This document shows positions 20,248 through 34,857 of a DNA stretch of 64,000 bases, in pieces. The stretch is from NCBI RefSeq assembly GCF_023055435.1, contig NW_025963779.1, forward strand, positions 6,634,001 to 6,698,000. The letters are read 5' to 3'. Every line of letters begins with the position of its first letter. Position 1 is the stretch's first letter. The position numbers and the translations under genes were made by a program. The notes under the pieces were generated by a model that had not been told where the DNA came from, ran no database searches, and saw only the letters and a program-made list of their open reading frames with translations. The stretch comes from Haliotis rufescens (taxonomy: Eukaryota).

Positions 20248-23200
20248 CTAATTGTCTTCCATAACGAGACACAGTTTGTCAACAGGTCGCACAAATTCTG
20301 AAGAAGCAGTCTTCACTTTTACAGTTCGCACAAGGTTTTTCCAGTCGTGATAGAGTTCCGTTACTCTTGCAAGAGCCCACGCATTACGTGGTGTATTGTC
20401 CATAATTAGCACAATGTCTCCAATCTGAAGGTTTCTTTTGATCTGATTCCATTTTTGTTTTTGCTGCAGGAGAGGTAAATATTCTTGCTTCCATTTTTTC
20501 CAGAAAATGTCTGCAAGGTATTGTACTTGCTTCCATCGTCGACTATAGATGTCCTCTTTCTTGAATCTTCCGGGAGGCATCTTTTCACCAGAACGTAGGT
20601 ATAACAGATGGTTAGGAGTGAGCACAGATAGATCATGCACATCATATGACAGACCAGTGATGGGACGTCCATTGATGATAGATTCCACTTCGCAAAACAA
20701 AGTGTTCAACGCCTCATCATCCAGCTTAATGTTCTGCTCTTGTAGTAGACAATGAAGCACTTTCCGTACAGTCCTAATCATCCGCTCCCAGAATCCACAA
20801 TAATGGGAGGCTGCAGGTGGATTGAAGCTCCATTCAATCCCTTTGTCAACGAAGGCAGAGTGAATCTTTGATTCTTTTAAGTCCTTTAATGCTTCACTTA
20901 ACTCTCGCTGACATCCGACAAGGTTAGTACCATTGTCAGATTTGATGAACTTGGGTGGTCCACGTCGTGCGACAAATCTTCTGATAGCATGGATACAGGA
21001 GTCTGTGTCTAGGGTGGCAGCCACTTCCAGATGGATAGCACGAAGATTCATGCAAGTGAATACAACACCATATCTTTTTACTGAGGTACGTCCACGTATC
21101 ACTTTGAAAGGACCAAAAGAAGTCCATACCTACATTGGTGAAAGGTGGTAGGTCCGGAGTTATCCGTTCATCTGGGAGATCAGACATCTTTTGTTGTCCT
21201 GAAGAGGAGTGATATTTACGACATGTGACACACTTTGAAACTATTGACTTCACCAGTGACCCTGCTCCAATCACCCAGTACCATTGTCTGAGATGTGACA
21301 AGATGGAGTTCTTTCCTAGATGTCCAACAATCTTATGAGTCTCTTCAATGATCAAGCGTGTTACACGAGATTTCTTAGGAAGAATGATTGGGTGCTTTTT
21401 CGCTGAAGGAGATATTTGCATTCTTGAGGCGTCCTCCAACATGAATGACGTCATCTTGAAGAAATGGATCCAACTTGTAGACAGGGCTTGATTTATCAAC
21501 TGTTGCAGAAGATTGCTTGAGACATCGTTGTTCTTTCGAGAAATGTTGTGTCTGACAGTGTTGGACTAGGAGCTTTTCTGCATCTTCAAGGACTTGAACA
21601 TTCAAGGTGTAGTTCACTTTATTGGTGGATTGAGACTTGTTGACTCTCTGGCGCAAACATCTGATAGTTAAAATGATCCATGCTACTGCTCTTCTTAACT
21701 TTGTCCAACTTGAGAAGTGGTTGATTAGAATGTCTAGGAAGCTATCCTTCTCCATGATGGTTGCATGAACACATTCCTTAAGTTCAAGATCATCTTCTTG
21801 AGGTTCTTGGTTGATGTATTGCTTCGGCCAGTACTTGTGGTGCTGCCATAGGAATCTTGGTCCTCCCGTCCAATGCTGAATATGCTGCTCATTATCAAGC
21901 TTGATGCCTCTTGAAGCATAGTCTGCTGGGTTCTCTTTAGATGACACATACCTCCATTGATCAATATCAGAACAGTCCCTTTTCACAGCAATCCGGTTGG
22001 CTACAAAGGTTTTGAACCTGGCATTGGTGTTAAAGATACATCTCAACACTGACATGCTGTCCGTCCAGAAGAAAGTTGTGTCTACTTTGACCTGAAGTTC
22101 TTGAAGAATGAGGGATGACATGCGTACAGCTAGAGTAGCAGCAGTGAGTTCCATGCGTGGTATGGTTGTCTTTTTTAATGGAGCAACCCTTGATTTAGAC
22201 ATTACCAGAGCACAATGGATCTCCTCATCTTCATTCACAAATCTGATGTAACCGACGACTCCATATCCTACATTGCTCGCGTCTGCAAAAAGGTGAAGTT
22301 GACATGATGTTACAAGTCCAAACTCCATAGGCTTGTAGCATCTTGGAATGTGGATATCTTCTAACAAGGTAAGATCTTTCAGCCATTGATGCCATATCTT
22401 CTGTGTCTTTGAATCAACATCTTCATCCCAGTCTTTCTGTTCTTTATGCAGGTTTTGGAGCAGCTGTTTTGAAATGAGTATGAAAGGAGCCATGAGTCCA
22501 AGAGGGTCATACACATTGCTAACAACAGACAGGATGCCACGTTTAGTGTCTGGTTTCAACTTGCTCTTTATCTTGAATCCAAGAGTGTCTGATTGCACAA
22601 ACAAGTAGACTCCTAAAGCTCTTTCAGATGGAAGGTCTTCACGGTCCAAGTTCAAGTCTTTAACATCCTTTGCTCTTTCTTGAGGTGGGATTGATTTCAT
22701 CACTGTAGAGCTGTTGGAGATCCACTTGGTAAGCCTGAAGCTGCCTTCACTGCACAAACTGGTAAGTTCTTTTACAGTTGATACTGCCTTTTCTTCCTTC
22801 AATTCGGATGCCAGACAATCATCTACATAGAAGTTGTCAGTCAACTTTTCTATAATTTCTGGGACAAACTTATCCTGACTGTCTCTTGCTGTTTGTTGTA
22901 AGGCAAAGGATGCACATGAAGCAGAAGATACAGCTCCAAAGATATGGACTAACATAGGTTCTTTTCTACAATCTCCATCCGGCCACCAGTAGAAGCGAAG
23001 GAAGTCATTGTCTTCTTTTGGCACTCTGACTCGATAGTACATGGATTCGATATCACCCATGAAGGCAATGTTCTCCTGTCTATATCTCATTAGAACACTG
23101 AGGAGGCTGTTGCATAGATTGGGTCCTTGAAGCAAACTACTATTTAGGGAAACACCTTGGAATGTTGCTGAACAGTCAAAGACAACTCTTATTTTCCCTT

Positions 23201-25646
23201 GCTTGCGTGGATGGTACACCCCGTGGTGTGGGATAAACCATACTTTGCCTGGTTTACCTTTCAGTTCATCTTGAGGAACAATTTCAGCATATTCTTTGCT
23301 AAGGATGTCTTCCATGAACTTCTTATAGTCTTTATGTATTTGAGGGTTCATTGTAAATTTCTTCTTGAGTCCTCTCAAACGCTGTAAGGCTTGTTCACTG
23401 TTGTCAGGCATGATGACATCCTTGTCTCGAAAGGGCAGATTGCCAACATAGTGTCCATCTTCTTTATGAATAGAGTTTGTCACAATCTTCATAAATTCTT
23501 TGTCCTCTTGTGACATTTCTTTTCTTTCTTCTGCTGCTTTCTCTGGAAAGTCATAGTTCATGCTGTCTTACATCATAGTATTAATGTTCTGTAGATCTTC
23601 CATTGCTTTTATTGTTATGTCTGTTCTCATTGATGGAAATCTGTTTTCTTTTGCAAGTCTGGGGACATTCCAAAGTATCCATCCAAGCTTGGTTCTTGTT
23701 GCATGAGGACTTCCATCAGGACCGGTACGAATCTCTAGTGGTGCATAGGAATCTGGTACATTTCCCCCGATGAGGATATCTACACTTGCATCAATCTCAG
23801 GCAGATATATATCATTAAGGTGAGGCCATTTTTGAACGTCTGATGAAACAGGTATGTGTTTCTTCAAAACTGGTATGTGTTCTTTGGAGTAAACAGTAGG
23901 TAGTGCGATCGTGTTCCTGAGGTCAAGGTCGTGCACTTGTAAGCCATTCACTGCTTGCACTGAAGTAGTGTAGGGCTTCCCCGTTGACTGGGTGTTCTGA
24001 GTTGTATTTTCTACTATGTCTGTGCTGAAGGAAGGCTTGAATGATGATTGTGAAGCAATTCCTGCGTTCCTCTTTGGCTGTGTCTTTGTTCTGTCATCAT
24101 TCCTCAGAGCATCTTTTCCATCCATTGGATCTGTTGCTTTTCTTGCTTCTCTCTTCACAAACTTAACTAGGTTATGGAATGCTACAGTTCCTCCTGAATC
24201 CCTGATAGATATGACAATATTCCTCCACTTCTCATGGCAATGGAAAGGTAGTTTCATAACGAGCCTTCTGATGTTGTCAGGATATTCCAGGATCTTTACT
24301 GCTGTGATGGAGCTTACTGCATTCTCACATTCTTGTAGGAAGATGGCATATTCATCCATGGATTTAGGGTTGTCTACTTTTACATTAGGCCATCCCAATG
24401 CTTTCTTGACGAGAGCAGATGCAATAGCGTCTTCATTGCCATATCGTTCATCAAGTTCCTGTCATGCCTTTTGATACCCTTGACTGGCCTCCAGGTAACT
24501 ATATCCCTTGACAATTTTCAGCGCTTCACCTAATGTGAACTGTTCTAGATATGACATCTTCTCATCTTCTGTTTCTGAGTTGACAACAATCTTCACCTTG
24601 AACTGACGCTTGAATCTTTGATATTCAATAGGATCCCCAGAGAACTTCATGATTTCAGGAGGCGGCTTTCGGAGCTGTTGCACAACACACTGAATAAGAT
24701 TCTCACCGCTTGCTGCAGTAGTTTGTGGAGACAAGTGTTGATTGAAGTCTTCTTGAAGAGGTAAGTTTATGTTATCAGGTAAGTACCGTTTACGTTCAGT
24801 GTTGAAATTTTCATTTACATCTTCATTCACAGGAACAGGGACATATGGATCGTGCGGTTCTAGTGAACGTTCTGATTTCACACTACCTCTGACAGAGAAA
24901 TAATCTTGAAGCACTTTAGACTTTGCTTGAGAAATCTCCATTTCTGTTTTCAGTTCTAACTCTTCTTCTTCATTTTCAATTCCATCTTAGCTAAGTCTAT
25001 TTTCTGTTTCTCTTTCAATGCTTTCATCTTTGTCTCTAATTCAACTTGCTTTTGTTTTTCTTTCAGATGGGCTGATGAAACACGACTTGTTAGTGATGAA
25101 TGACTTCCTTTAGAGGAGGCTGATTCTTCTTTAAATATACAAGCACTTTTCAGGCTGACTGAACCTTGTCTACTTATCTTTCTTATCAGTTTGTTTAACT
25201 TCTGGTTTCTGTTCATCTTCACTTTTGTCATTCAGTGAATCTTTAACATTCTTTTTCTCCGTTTCACTTGGTTCACGGATGTGTTTGAGAAAGAATTCTT
25301 CTAACTTTGATTTACATGTCAGCAGAACAGAGTCTTGTGATTCACATTCTTCAATAAAAGGACTAAGTTCAATTTCATCCAACAGTGATGCAAAGTCTTT
25401 GCAGAGATCTAACAGTGTTTCGTAGAATTTCAACCAGCTTCCATGACTACATCTAATCTCCTCTATCTCTTCAGAAGTGAAAGTTTCAACATGAGATTGG
25501 GCATAAAGTTTATCAAAATCATCCAACAATTGTTTATATAAACTCTTAATTTTCTTATATTTAGTTTGCTTAGCATACTGCAAACCCTTTTCTGTCATCT
25601 TCCTTAGTCTTTGTTTCAAAACATTATCCTTTTCTTTTTCTTCCAT
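20248..25646 (-). pseudogene. Disrupted BEL/Pao gag-pol polyprotein
   Basis: Fragments: gag (FSGDPIEY..F); RT (WFIPHHGVYHP, IRVVFDCS, GDIESMY, FYVDD); RNase H (LFADAS, IPRMEL, NPADYASRG); integrase (H..GH...CVTC, SDNGTN, GFWERMIR, VRPVDKL). At least 6 stops/frameshifts. Confidence 0.9.
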
Positions 25647-25671
25647 ACCTTTGTCTAAACAATGTCAATGC

Positions 25672-26351
25672 TGTAATAACTTGAAGTCTTTCTTTCTCAA
25701 ATGATGATTTCTTTATTCTTTCCTGTTTTGCATTCTTTCTTTTCTTTACATTCTTTTCTTTTCCTTTTAGATAAATGTCTTTCTTTTCTTAACTAGAATC
25801 TAATTATTTTCAGATTGACTGAAATACAAATAAATAAACAATAATTACTATTTTGATCAAATGATGCATTAATGCAAATAATCATAATGGCATTATAAAT
25901 GAATTAACCTAATAAAATTGACTACCTTTCAGTGACATGAAATACTATGCAAAATGTAAACAAACGATGAAAAACACTTCATGACTAAATAACTGCTCTA
26001 AAACATTTATACACATGTAGATAATGATAAAATAATATATATGACAAAATTTGGCAAACTCACCATTGTTTTTAGACTCTTTTATCCTGAAAACCTTTTC
26101 TCATTTCTTTCATTCTCTCATGCATGCTGCATGCTTTTAGGGCCACATGGAAGATATTACACGATACTAAGCAGTTATGCCCCTTGGCATATTATGATGA
26201 GTAAACATAAATTTGAATGGAAAAGAAATATAATATGAATTAATACTTTCCAAAAACGAAATATGATTTATATTTGAATACTTTGATAACAAACAAAGGA
26301 AATATGATTCTGAACTTTGAAAATAATAACTTAACAATTTTGACACTTACA
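25672..26351 (-). repeat. 5' LTR of BEL/Pao element
   Basis: Direct repeat of 19405-20084. Confidence 0.93.
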
Positions 26352-27117
26352 ACGTACCTTACAGAAAATGACTGTATTGGAAGTTTATGGAAATGCACGA
26401 GCTTTTAAACTGCTAATATAACATTGACTAATAGTAAACAGTTTACATTCGAACTTAAGAACAAAACAAACGATAAAAAATAATGTTATATGAAAATATA
26501 TGAAAAGTCATCAACAAGACATCATTTAAAGATCTATCAAGCATAAAGATAAGACGGTTTTATCTTTTTCCGTGAAGACCTGGTGTCTTCACTTATTTTC
26601 GGTGACCCATTCATATAATTTTCATTACTATTTATGTCCACTGGTATCTGTTTCGGCAAATAATCGAGATTTGTTTCTGGGGTTGACATTTTATATACAT
26701 TGTTGTATTATAGAAAGATGTCTTTCGACAAATGATCTGTTTTATAAGAAGAGATATACTGGAAACACTGTAAAGGAGAATAACAATACCAGAACTACTC
26801 TATGAATGCAAATAAAAGACAATAAGGAATAAACTGGATTAACTAAAGGTAAATACATTAATAAAAAAGATATGTATGTTTGGATATCAAGAAAGAAGGA
26901 ACGATGTGTTAACCCCTTGTCACAATTTCGAAAATTGTATTTTTCATAGACAATTATTGAATATTGTATCTACTTAATTAGATTACGAGAAATATTTATG
27001 GCTATCCAATAGCTGTTTTTTTCTTAAACCGTCATACATTTATAAGATTATAATTTATTCAAATTCTATAAAATAGGCGCAAAACTGAATATGATTCCAG
27101 CATAAAGTACTCCATGA

Positions 27118-27404
27118 GTGAGTGAGTGAGTGAGTGAGTGAGTTGGGTTTAACGCCGCTAGTATTCCAGTATTATCGCGGCGTGTCAGCTTAATGTGGGA
27201 GGAAAGACCGAAGTGATGCAGGTCTCAGACGTTTACCACTTCGGTGAAACCAACGAGCACTGGTATGGTGCTGACAAACCTAGAAACATAATCGGGGCGA
27301 ACCGGTATTCGAACCCACAATCATAGGTTTGTGGCGTGCCCAAGGGATGCAACTCTGCACAGCGAATCGCGGCGCCTTAGACGACTGGGCCACCCGTGAT
27401 CCCC
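27118..27404 (-). mobile_element. tRNA-derived SINE (family A), co-duplicated with the array unit
   Basis: Same TSD AGTACTCCATGA and position as 15940-16218. Confidence 0.88.
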
Positions 27405-27919
27405 AGTACTCCATGAAGACAAATTGCTTCCACATACAAGTTACATGAATACTTCTCAGTTCAGAAAACGAATAATATACAATCTCAGGCAATGCGTTTT
27501 GTAATATCTCCAAATGGTGATACCTGCATTGTCATCATCGCTGCATCGATATATTTTCATTTCCGCTGATAAAGAGAGTTCAACAGACAAAGGAATTGCA
27601 GTTCTCTGAATTATTTACTTATATTGTGATACATAGGTTATCATGGAACAGAAGGACACCGATCTGCAATATGTAAGTAACAGTTTCCTTAACGAACTTT
27701 CATTGGTATACCATCTGCAACTCTGCCTTGAGCTATGATTAAATTAATCAAATGTTTCCAATCAGTGACGCAATACGTAAGTATGATATACACCTGTTGA
27801 TGACGTGACAACAGTGTTTCTGCCATGTATAAATGTTACAGATGGCTCTCTCAGCATCATTGAAGTCTCGAGGAGTCTCACAGTCCGGATCATCACGCCG
27901 TTACGACTACCTAACTACC

Positions 27920-28663
27920 ATGAACGTCCTTCTCATTCTGGCCGCTGTTCTGGCTGTCTCCTATGCTCGAGACTGTGGACACACAACGGAAACCCCAACG
28001 TCCAACCCCACTGAAGCCCCGACTACACTACAAATACCTACAACATGGCCTGAAGGATCCTTTGCTCTGCCTCAGACCAACGATGGCTGTCCTGGTAGTG
28101 AGTGGAAGGATGGAGCTTTCTATCAAGACACTGAAGATTATTACAATGGAAATACCTGGAACACCACCAATATGAGCGGCATTAAGAAGAAAGACGGATA
28201 TTTAAATACTTACTGCATCATGGAGGGCACCACTGCCAGATCTGGGAGTTGGCCTGCCGGTACCTACTGCATCTTGAGGAAGAACGGCGTCTGCCCAGGA
28301 GGTTTCCAGGAAGGTTCCCTTCTTTGGGATGATGAGAACAACTACAACATGAACCATGTCTCAGACCAGAGCACCCTCCCCGATGGTGAGTTCAACAAAG
28401 ACACCAAGCTGTTTTATTGTTGCCGAGAGGATGCTTCTCCAGCTCAAGAGATAGCCTTGCCAACATCTGCCCCCTTCTACCTCCTGATGAAGACAGGCTT
28501 GTGTCAGAGCGTCGCTGGGATGTCGGTGACAGTGGAGACGATGTTTTGGGATGATGAAGACACCAACAACCACAATGCCAGAGAAGGATCCACTCCCTTT
28601 CAAACTGGAAGTCCTGCCAACATTCATCTCAACTACTGCTACTACTCTCCTACAACACTGTAA
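27920..28663 (+). CDS. Apextrin-like ApeC protein, copy 3
   Basis: Near-identical to copy 1; T8A and GVCQ>GLCQ. Confidence 0.92.
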   Translation: MNVLLILAAVLAVSYARDCGHTTETPTSNPTEAPTTLQIPTTWPEGSFALPQTNDGCPGSEWKDGAFYQDTEDYYNGNTWNTTNMSGIKKKDGYLNTYCIMEGTTARSGSWPAGTYCILRKNGVCPGGFQEGSLLWDDENNYNMNHVSDQSTLPDGEFNKDTKLFYCCREDASPAQEIALPTSAPFYLLMKTGLCQSVAGMSVTVETMFWDDEDTNNHNAREGSTPFQTGSPANIHLNYCYYSPTTL

Positions 28664-30660
28664 ATTGTTTAAGAATGTAATCAAAAGGCTTGAGAGAGGT
28701 GTATTCTGCACTGTAATAAATGATATATTTTTCAAGAACTGTGTTGTTACATTTATGCGCTTTCTAGGTACACATACTCCTATTTTATTCAAGGAAATCA
28801 AACAGATAAAGTTGCCTTTGCACCTTTCTTCGATCCAAATGCTTTACTTGTCTCCGAATAGTCCATATGTCCATATGGGTGGGGGCTTGTGAGGGGATGT
28901 TCTTTTGTTTCATTTTCGAATTAGCTCCAACGTTCAATTTCAGAGATTGGACTAAACATGAATGCCTATTTATGACAAGGGATTTACCAGTACACAATAT
29001 CTGAGACTGAGGTGGATGAAAATATTTGATGGTTTGTGTCAGATGTCTTCGTCTTGTCAATGGGTATCACTGGCGGCAGCCTCCTGACATCAACAAATAT
29101 ATCAGCTCCGGCTCTGAGTAATTTCTCCGTCTGATTAGTAAATCCCTTATTCCCCAGGCTCAATGTGAAATCAATCGAAATGTCGAACAAACCAAATTGC
29201 CATCATTTAAGATTACTACATTTGAATAATTATATTAAAGATATAGACGCATAGGTCAAGAGCAAAAGAAATCACTTTGATAGACATTGTTCCATGTCTT
29301 TGAAAAGAATATCCTACCATGATTTGTATAACGTGGTCGATTACAGTAATACAGAATTTGACAACATTTAATACACTGCAAATCGCATTATGAAATACTA
29401 TTTCTAATAATTATTCAAAGAAAATATTTCTGTATTTGCATTAATCAACAATTGAAAGTCCTTTGGAAGTGTCAGATGCTTGGCACAAGAGACAAATCAT
29501 CTGTAAAGGAAGACAGAAACATTTTCTCAATATACTGTTTTCATTTAAGAAACGCCTGTAATAAACCATATTATCCATGTCGACGGGATATAAGTTAGGT
29601 CTTGTTTTAGTGTCAACGCCTAGGCCAGTATCCCTTTTACTGTTTGAGAAAAGCTGGGAGCAAGAGATGTTCTGTACTTATAAAATTAACGGGTTAACAC
29701 CGCTTTGAGCGGTATTCAAGTTATATCACGGCGTGTTAGCTTAATGTGGGAGAAAAGCCCGAAGCGATGCAGGTTTCATCACAATTTTCAATTTTATGTC
29801 CAATGGTATCTGTTTCGGCAAATAATCGAGATTTTCTTCTGGGGTTGACATTTTATATTCAGAGTAGTATTATCGAAAGATGTCTATGTATAAATGATCT
29901 AACCCGTAATCGCCGAGGGGTGTATGCACCTAGCTCACAGAATGACTGTATTGGAAGTTTATGGAAATGCACGACCTTTTAAACTGCTAATATAACATTG
30001 ACTCATAGTAAACAGTTTACATTCGAACTTAAGAACAAAACAAACGATAAAAAATAATGTTCTATGAAAATATATGGAAAGTCATCAACAAGACATCATT
30101 TAAAGATCTATCAAGCACAAAGATAAGACGGTTTTATCTTTTTCGGTGACCCATTCATATAATTTTCATTACTATTTATGTCCACTGGTATCTGTTTCGG
30201 CAAATAATCGAGATTTGTTTCTGGGGTTGACATTTTATATACATTGTTGTATTATAGAAAGATGTCTTTCGACAAATGATCTGTTTTATAAGAAGAGATA
30301 TGTTGGAAACACTGTAAAGGAGAATAACAATACCAGAACTACTCTATGAATGCACAAAAAGATAATAAGGAATAAACTGGATTAACTAAAGGTAAATACA
30401 TTAATAAAAAAGATATGTATGTTTGGATATCAAGAAAGAAGGAATGATGTGTTAACCCCTTGTCACAATTTCGAAAATTGTATTTTTAATAGACAATTAT
30501 TGAATATTGTATCTACTTAATTAGATTACGAGAAGTATTTATAGCTATCCAATAGCTGTTTTTCCTTAAACCGTCATACATTCAAATATTTCATAATTTA
30601 TACTAATCCTATCAAATAGGCGCAAAACTGAATATGATTCCAGCATATAGTACTCCATGA

Positions 30661-30941
30661 GTCAGTGAGTGAGTTGGGTTTAACGCCGCCTTTAACAGTA
30701 TTCAAGTTATATGGCGGCGTGTCAGCTTAATGTGGGAGGAAAGCCCAAAGTAATGCAGGTCTCAGACGTTTACCACTTCGGTGAAGCCCACGAGCACGGG
30801 TATGGTGCTGACAAACCTAGAAACATAGCCGGGGCGAACCGGGATTCGAACCCACAATCATACATTTCTGGCGTGGCCAAGGGACGCAACTCTGCACAGC
30901 GAATCGCGGCGCCTTAGACGACTGGGCCACCCGTGATCCCC
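30661..30941 (-). mobile_element. tRNA-derived SINE (family A), co-duplicated with the array unit
   Basis: Same TSD and position upstream of the gene. Confidence 0.88.
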
Positions 30942-31456
30942 AGTACTCCATGAAGACAAATTGCTTCCACATACAAGTTACATGAATACTTCTCAGTTCA
31001 GAAAACGAATAATATACAATCTAAGGCAATGCGTATTGTAATATCTCCAAATGGTGATACCTGCATTGTCTTCATCGCTGCATCGATATATTTTCATTTC
31101 CGCTGATAAAGAGAGTTCAACAGACAAAGGAATTGCAGTTCTCTGAATTATTTACTTATATTGTGATACATAGGTTATCATGGAACAGAAGGACACCGAT
31201 CTGCAATATGTAAGTAACAGTTTCCTTAACGAACTTTCAATGGTATACCATCTGCAACTCTGCCTTGAGCTATGATTAAATTAATCAAATGTTTCCAATC
31301 AGTGACGCAATACGTAAGTATGATATACACCTGTTGATGACGTGACAACAGTGTTTCTGCGATGTATAAATGTTACAGATGGCTCTCTCAGCATCATTGA
31401 AGTCTCGAGGAGTCTCACAGTCCGGATCATCACGCCGTTACGACTACCTAACTACC

Positions 31457-32200
31457 ATGAACGTCCTTCTCATTCTGGCCGCTGTTCTGGCTGTCTCCTA
31501 TGCTCGAGACTGTGGACACACAACGGAAACCCCAACGTCCAACCCCACTGAAGCCCCGACTACACTACAAATACCTACAACATGGCCTGAAGGATCCTTT
31601 GCTCTGCCTCAGACCAACGATGGCTGTCCTGGTAGTGAGTGGAAGGATGGAGCTTTCTATCAAGACACTGAAGATTATCACAACGTAAATACCTGGAACA
31701 CCACCAATATGAGCGGCATTAAGAAGAAAGACGGATATTTAAATACTTACTGCATCATGGAGGGCACCACTGCCAGATCTGGGAGTTGGCCTGCCGGTAC
31801 CTACTGCATCTTGAGGAAGAACGGCGTCTGCCCAGGAGGTTTCCAGGAAGGTTCCCTTCTTTGGGATGATGAGAACAACTACAACATGAACCATGTCTCA
31901 GGCCAGAGCACCCTCCCCGATGGTGAGTTCAACAAAGACACCAAGCTGTTTTATTGTTGCCGAGAGGATGCTTCTCCAGCTCAAGAGATAGCCTTGCCAA
32001 CATCTGCCCCCTTCTACCTCCTGATGAAGACAGGCGTGTGTCAGAGCGTCGCTGGGATGTCGGTGACAGTGGAGACGATGTTTTGGGATGATGAAGACAC
32101 CAACAACCACAATGCCAGAGAAGGATCCACTCCCTTTCAAACTGGAAGTCCTGCCAACATTCATCTCAACTACTGCTACTACTCTCCTACAACACTGTAA
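31457..32200 (+). CDS. Apextrin-like ApeC protein, copy 4
   Basis: Near-identical; T8A, YYNG>YHNV and SDQS>SGQS. Confidence 0.92.
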   Translation: MNVLLILAAVLAVSYARDCGHTTETPTSNPTEAPTTLQIPTTWPEGSFALPQTNDGCPGSEWKDGAFYQDTEDYHNVNTWNTTNMSGIKKKDGYLNTYCIMEGTTARSGSWPAGTYCILRKNGVCPGGFQEGSLLWDDENNYNMNHVSGQSTLPDGEFNKDTKLFYCCREDASPAQEIALPTSAPFYLLMKTGVCQSVAGMSVTVETMFWDDEDTNNHNAREGSTPFQTGSPANIHLNYCYYSPTTL

Positions 32201-34857
32201 ATTGTTTAAGAATGTAATCAAAAGGCTTGAGAGAGGTGTATTCTGCACTGTAATAAATGATATATTTTTCAAGAACTGTGTTGTTACATTTATGCGCTTT
32301 CTAGGTACACATACTCCTATTTTATTCAAGGAAATCAAACAGATAAAGTTGCCTTTGCACCTTTCTTCGATCCAAATGCTTTACTTGTCTCCGAATAGTC
32401 CATATGTCCATATGGGTGGGGGCTTGTGAGGGGATGTTCTTTTGTTTCATTTTCGAATTAGCTCCAACGTTCAATTTCAGAGATTGGACTAAACATGAAT
32501 GCCTATTTATGACAAGGGATTTACCAGTACACAATATCTGAGACTGAGGTGGATGAAAATATTTGATGGTTTGTGTCAGATGTCTTCGTCTTGTCAATGG
32601 GTATCACTGGCGGCAGCCTCCTGACATCAACAAATATATCAGCTCCGGCTCTGAGTAATTTCTCCGTCTGATTAGTAAATCCCTTATTCCCCAGGCTCAA
32701 TGTGAAATCAATCGAAATGTCGAACAAACCAAATTGCCATCATTTAAGATTACTACATTTGAATAGTTATATTAAAGATATAGACGCATAGGTCAAGAGC
32801 AAAAGAAATCACTTTGATAGATATTGTTCCATGTCTTTGAAAAGAATATCCTACCATGATTTGTATAACGTGGTCGATTACAGTAATACAGAATTTGACA
32901 ACATTTAATACACTGCAAATCGCATTATGAAATACTATTTCTAATAATTATTCAAAGAAAATATTTCTGTATTTGCATTAATCAACAATTGAAAGTCCTT
33001 TGGAAGTGTCAGATGCTTGGCACAAGAGACAAATCATCTGTAAAGGAAGACAGAAACATTTTCTCAATATACTGTTTTCATTTAAGAAACGCCTGTAATA
33101 AACCATATTATCCATGTCGACGGGATATAAGTTAGGTCTTGTTTTAGTGTCAACGCCTAGGCCAGTATCCCTTTTACTGTTTGAGAAAAGCTGGGAGCAA
33201 GAGATGTTCTGTACTTATAAAATTAACGGGTTAACACCGCTTTGAGCGGTATTCAAGTTATATCACGGCGTGTTAGCTTAATGTGGGAGGAAAGCCCGAA
33301 GCGATGCAGGTTTCATCACAATTTTCAATTTTATGTCCAATGGTATCTGTTTCGGCAAATAATCGAGATTTTCTTCACGGGTTGACATTTTATATTCAGA
33401 GTAGTATTATCGAAAGATGTCTATGTACAAATGATCTGTTTTATAAGAAGAGATATGTTGGAAACACTGTAAAGGAGGATAACAATACCAGAACTACTCT
33501 ATGAACAAGCAAATCAAGCCAGGACGTTAGTCAGGAACTTCAATTTACATAGAGAACAAAATGTCAGTTTAAATGCTTGTCAAGTTTTCTTTTCTTGAAA
33601 TAGAAATTAAAATCGGAAATACCTTTCCCTGTAGTTACCTTGAATATTACCAAAACAATTCTACTTCAACTAGATAACTCATATACATCTTCAAAACATT
33701 TCAAAACAAGTTGACAACTTGGATATAACACTAACTTTAACGAAAAACATGATCCTGTGCTGGCTAACATTGCATTTAATGTGTATTATGCTATTTTGTT
33801 GTAGCTGGGGACATATACAACATGTGTGATTCATACAACACAGTGTTTAGAATCTCACTACTTTTGTCACAAGTGGAATTAAACTTTGTCACAAACGACA
33901 TCAACTACCCGATGAAGAACATTTTCATACATGACCGTCTCAACTGACTTGCAAACCGAAGTCAAATGGTGTGGAGGTGTTATCCAAGAAAAATATCGGG
34001 CAGAAGCCAGTGATTGATGTGTGCAACATCCACGCAGTCGGGGATCGAAGCCTCTTTTTGTGACAAGCATTAAGTTGTTGGATGGGGCCTTGTTCTAACC
34101 CGTAATCGCCGAGGGGTGTATGCACGTAGCTCACAGAATGACTGTATTGGAAGTTTATGGAAATGCACGACCTTTTAAACTGCTAATATAACATTGACTC
34201 ATAGTAAACAGTTTACATTCGAACTTAAGAACAAAACAAACGATAAAAAATAATGTTCTATGAAAATATATGGAAAGTCATCAACAAGACATCATTTAAA
34301 GATCTATCAAGCACAAAGATAAGACGGTTTTATCTTTTTCGGTGACCCATTCATATAATTTTCATTACTATTTATGTCCACTGGTATCTGTTTCGGCAAA
34401 TAATCGAGATTTGTTTCTGGGGTTGACATTTTATATACATTGTTGTATTATAGAAAGATGTCTTTCGACAAATGATCTGTTTTATAAGAAGAGATATGTT
34501 GGAAACACTGTAAAGGAGAATAACAATACCAGAACTACTCTATGAATGCACAAAAAGATAATAAGGAATAAACTGGATTAACTAAAGGTAAATACATTAA
34601 TAAAAAAGATATGTATGTTTGGATATCAAGAAAGAAGGAATGATGTGTTAACCCCTTGTCACAATTTCGAAAATTGTATTTTTAATAGACAATTATTGAA
34701 TATTGTATCTACTTAATTAGATTACGAGAAGTATTTATGGCTATCCAATAGCTGTTTTTCCTTAAACCGTCATACATTCAAAATATTTCATAATTTATTC
34801 AAATCCTATCAAATAGGCGCAAAACTGAATATGATTCCAGCATATAGTACTCCATGA

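Larger units (their letters stand above)
19405..26351 (-). mobile_element. BEL/Pao LTR retrotransposon, defective, 6947 bp
   Basis: Two 680-bp LTRs with TG...CA ends; 5-bp TSD ACGTA (19400-19404, 26352-26356); empty site at ~4443; PPT-like AGGAGGCCGGTG next to the 3' LTR; gag-RT-RNaseH-integrase order. Confidence 0.95.
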
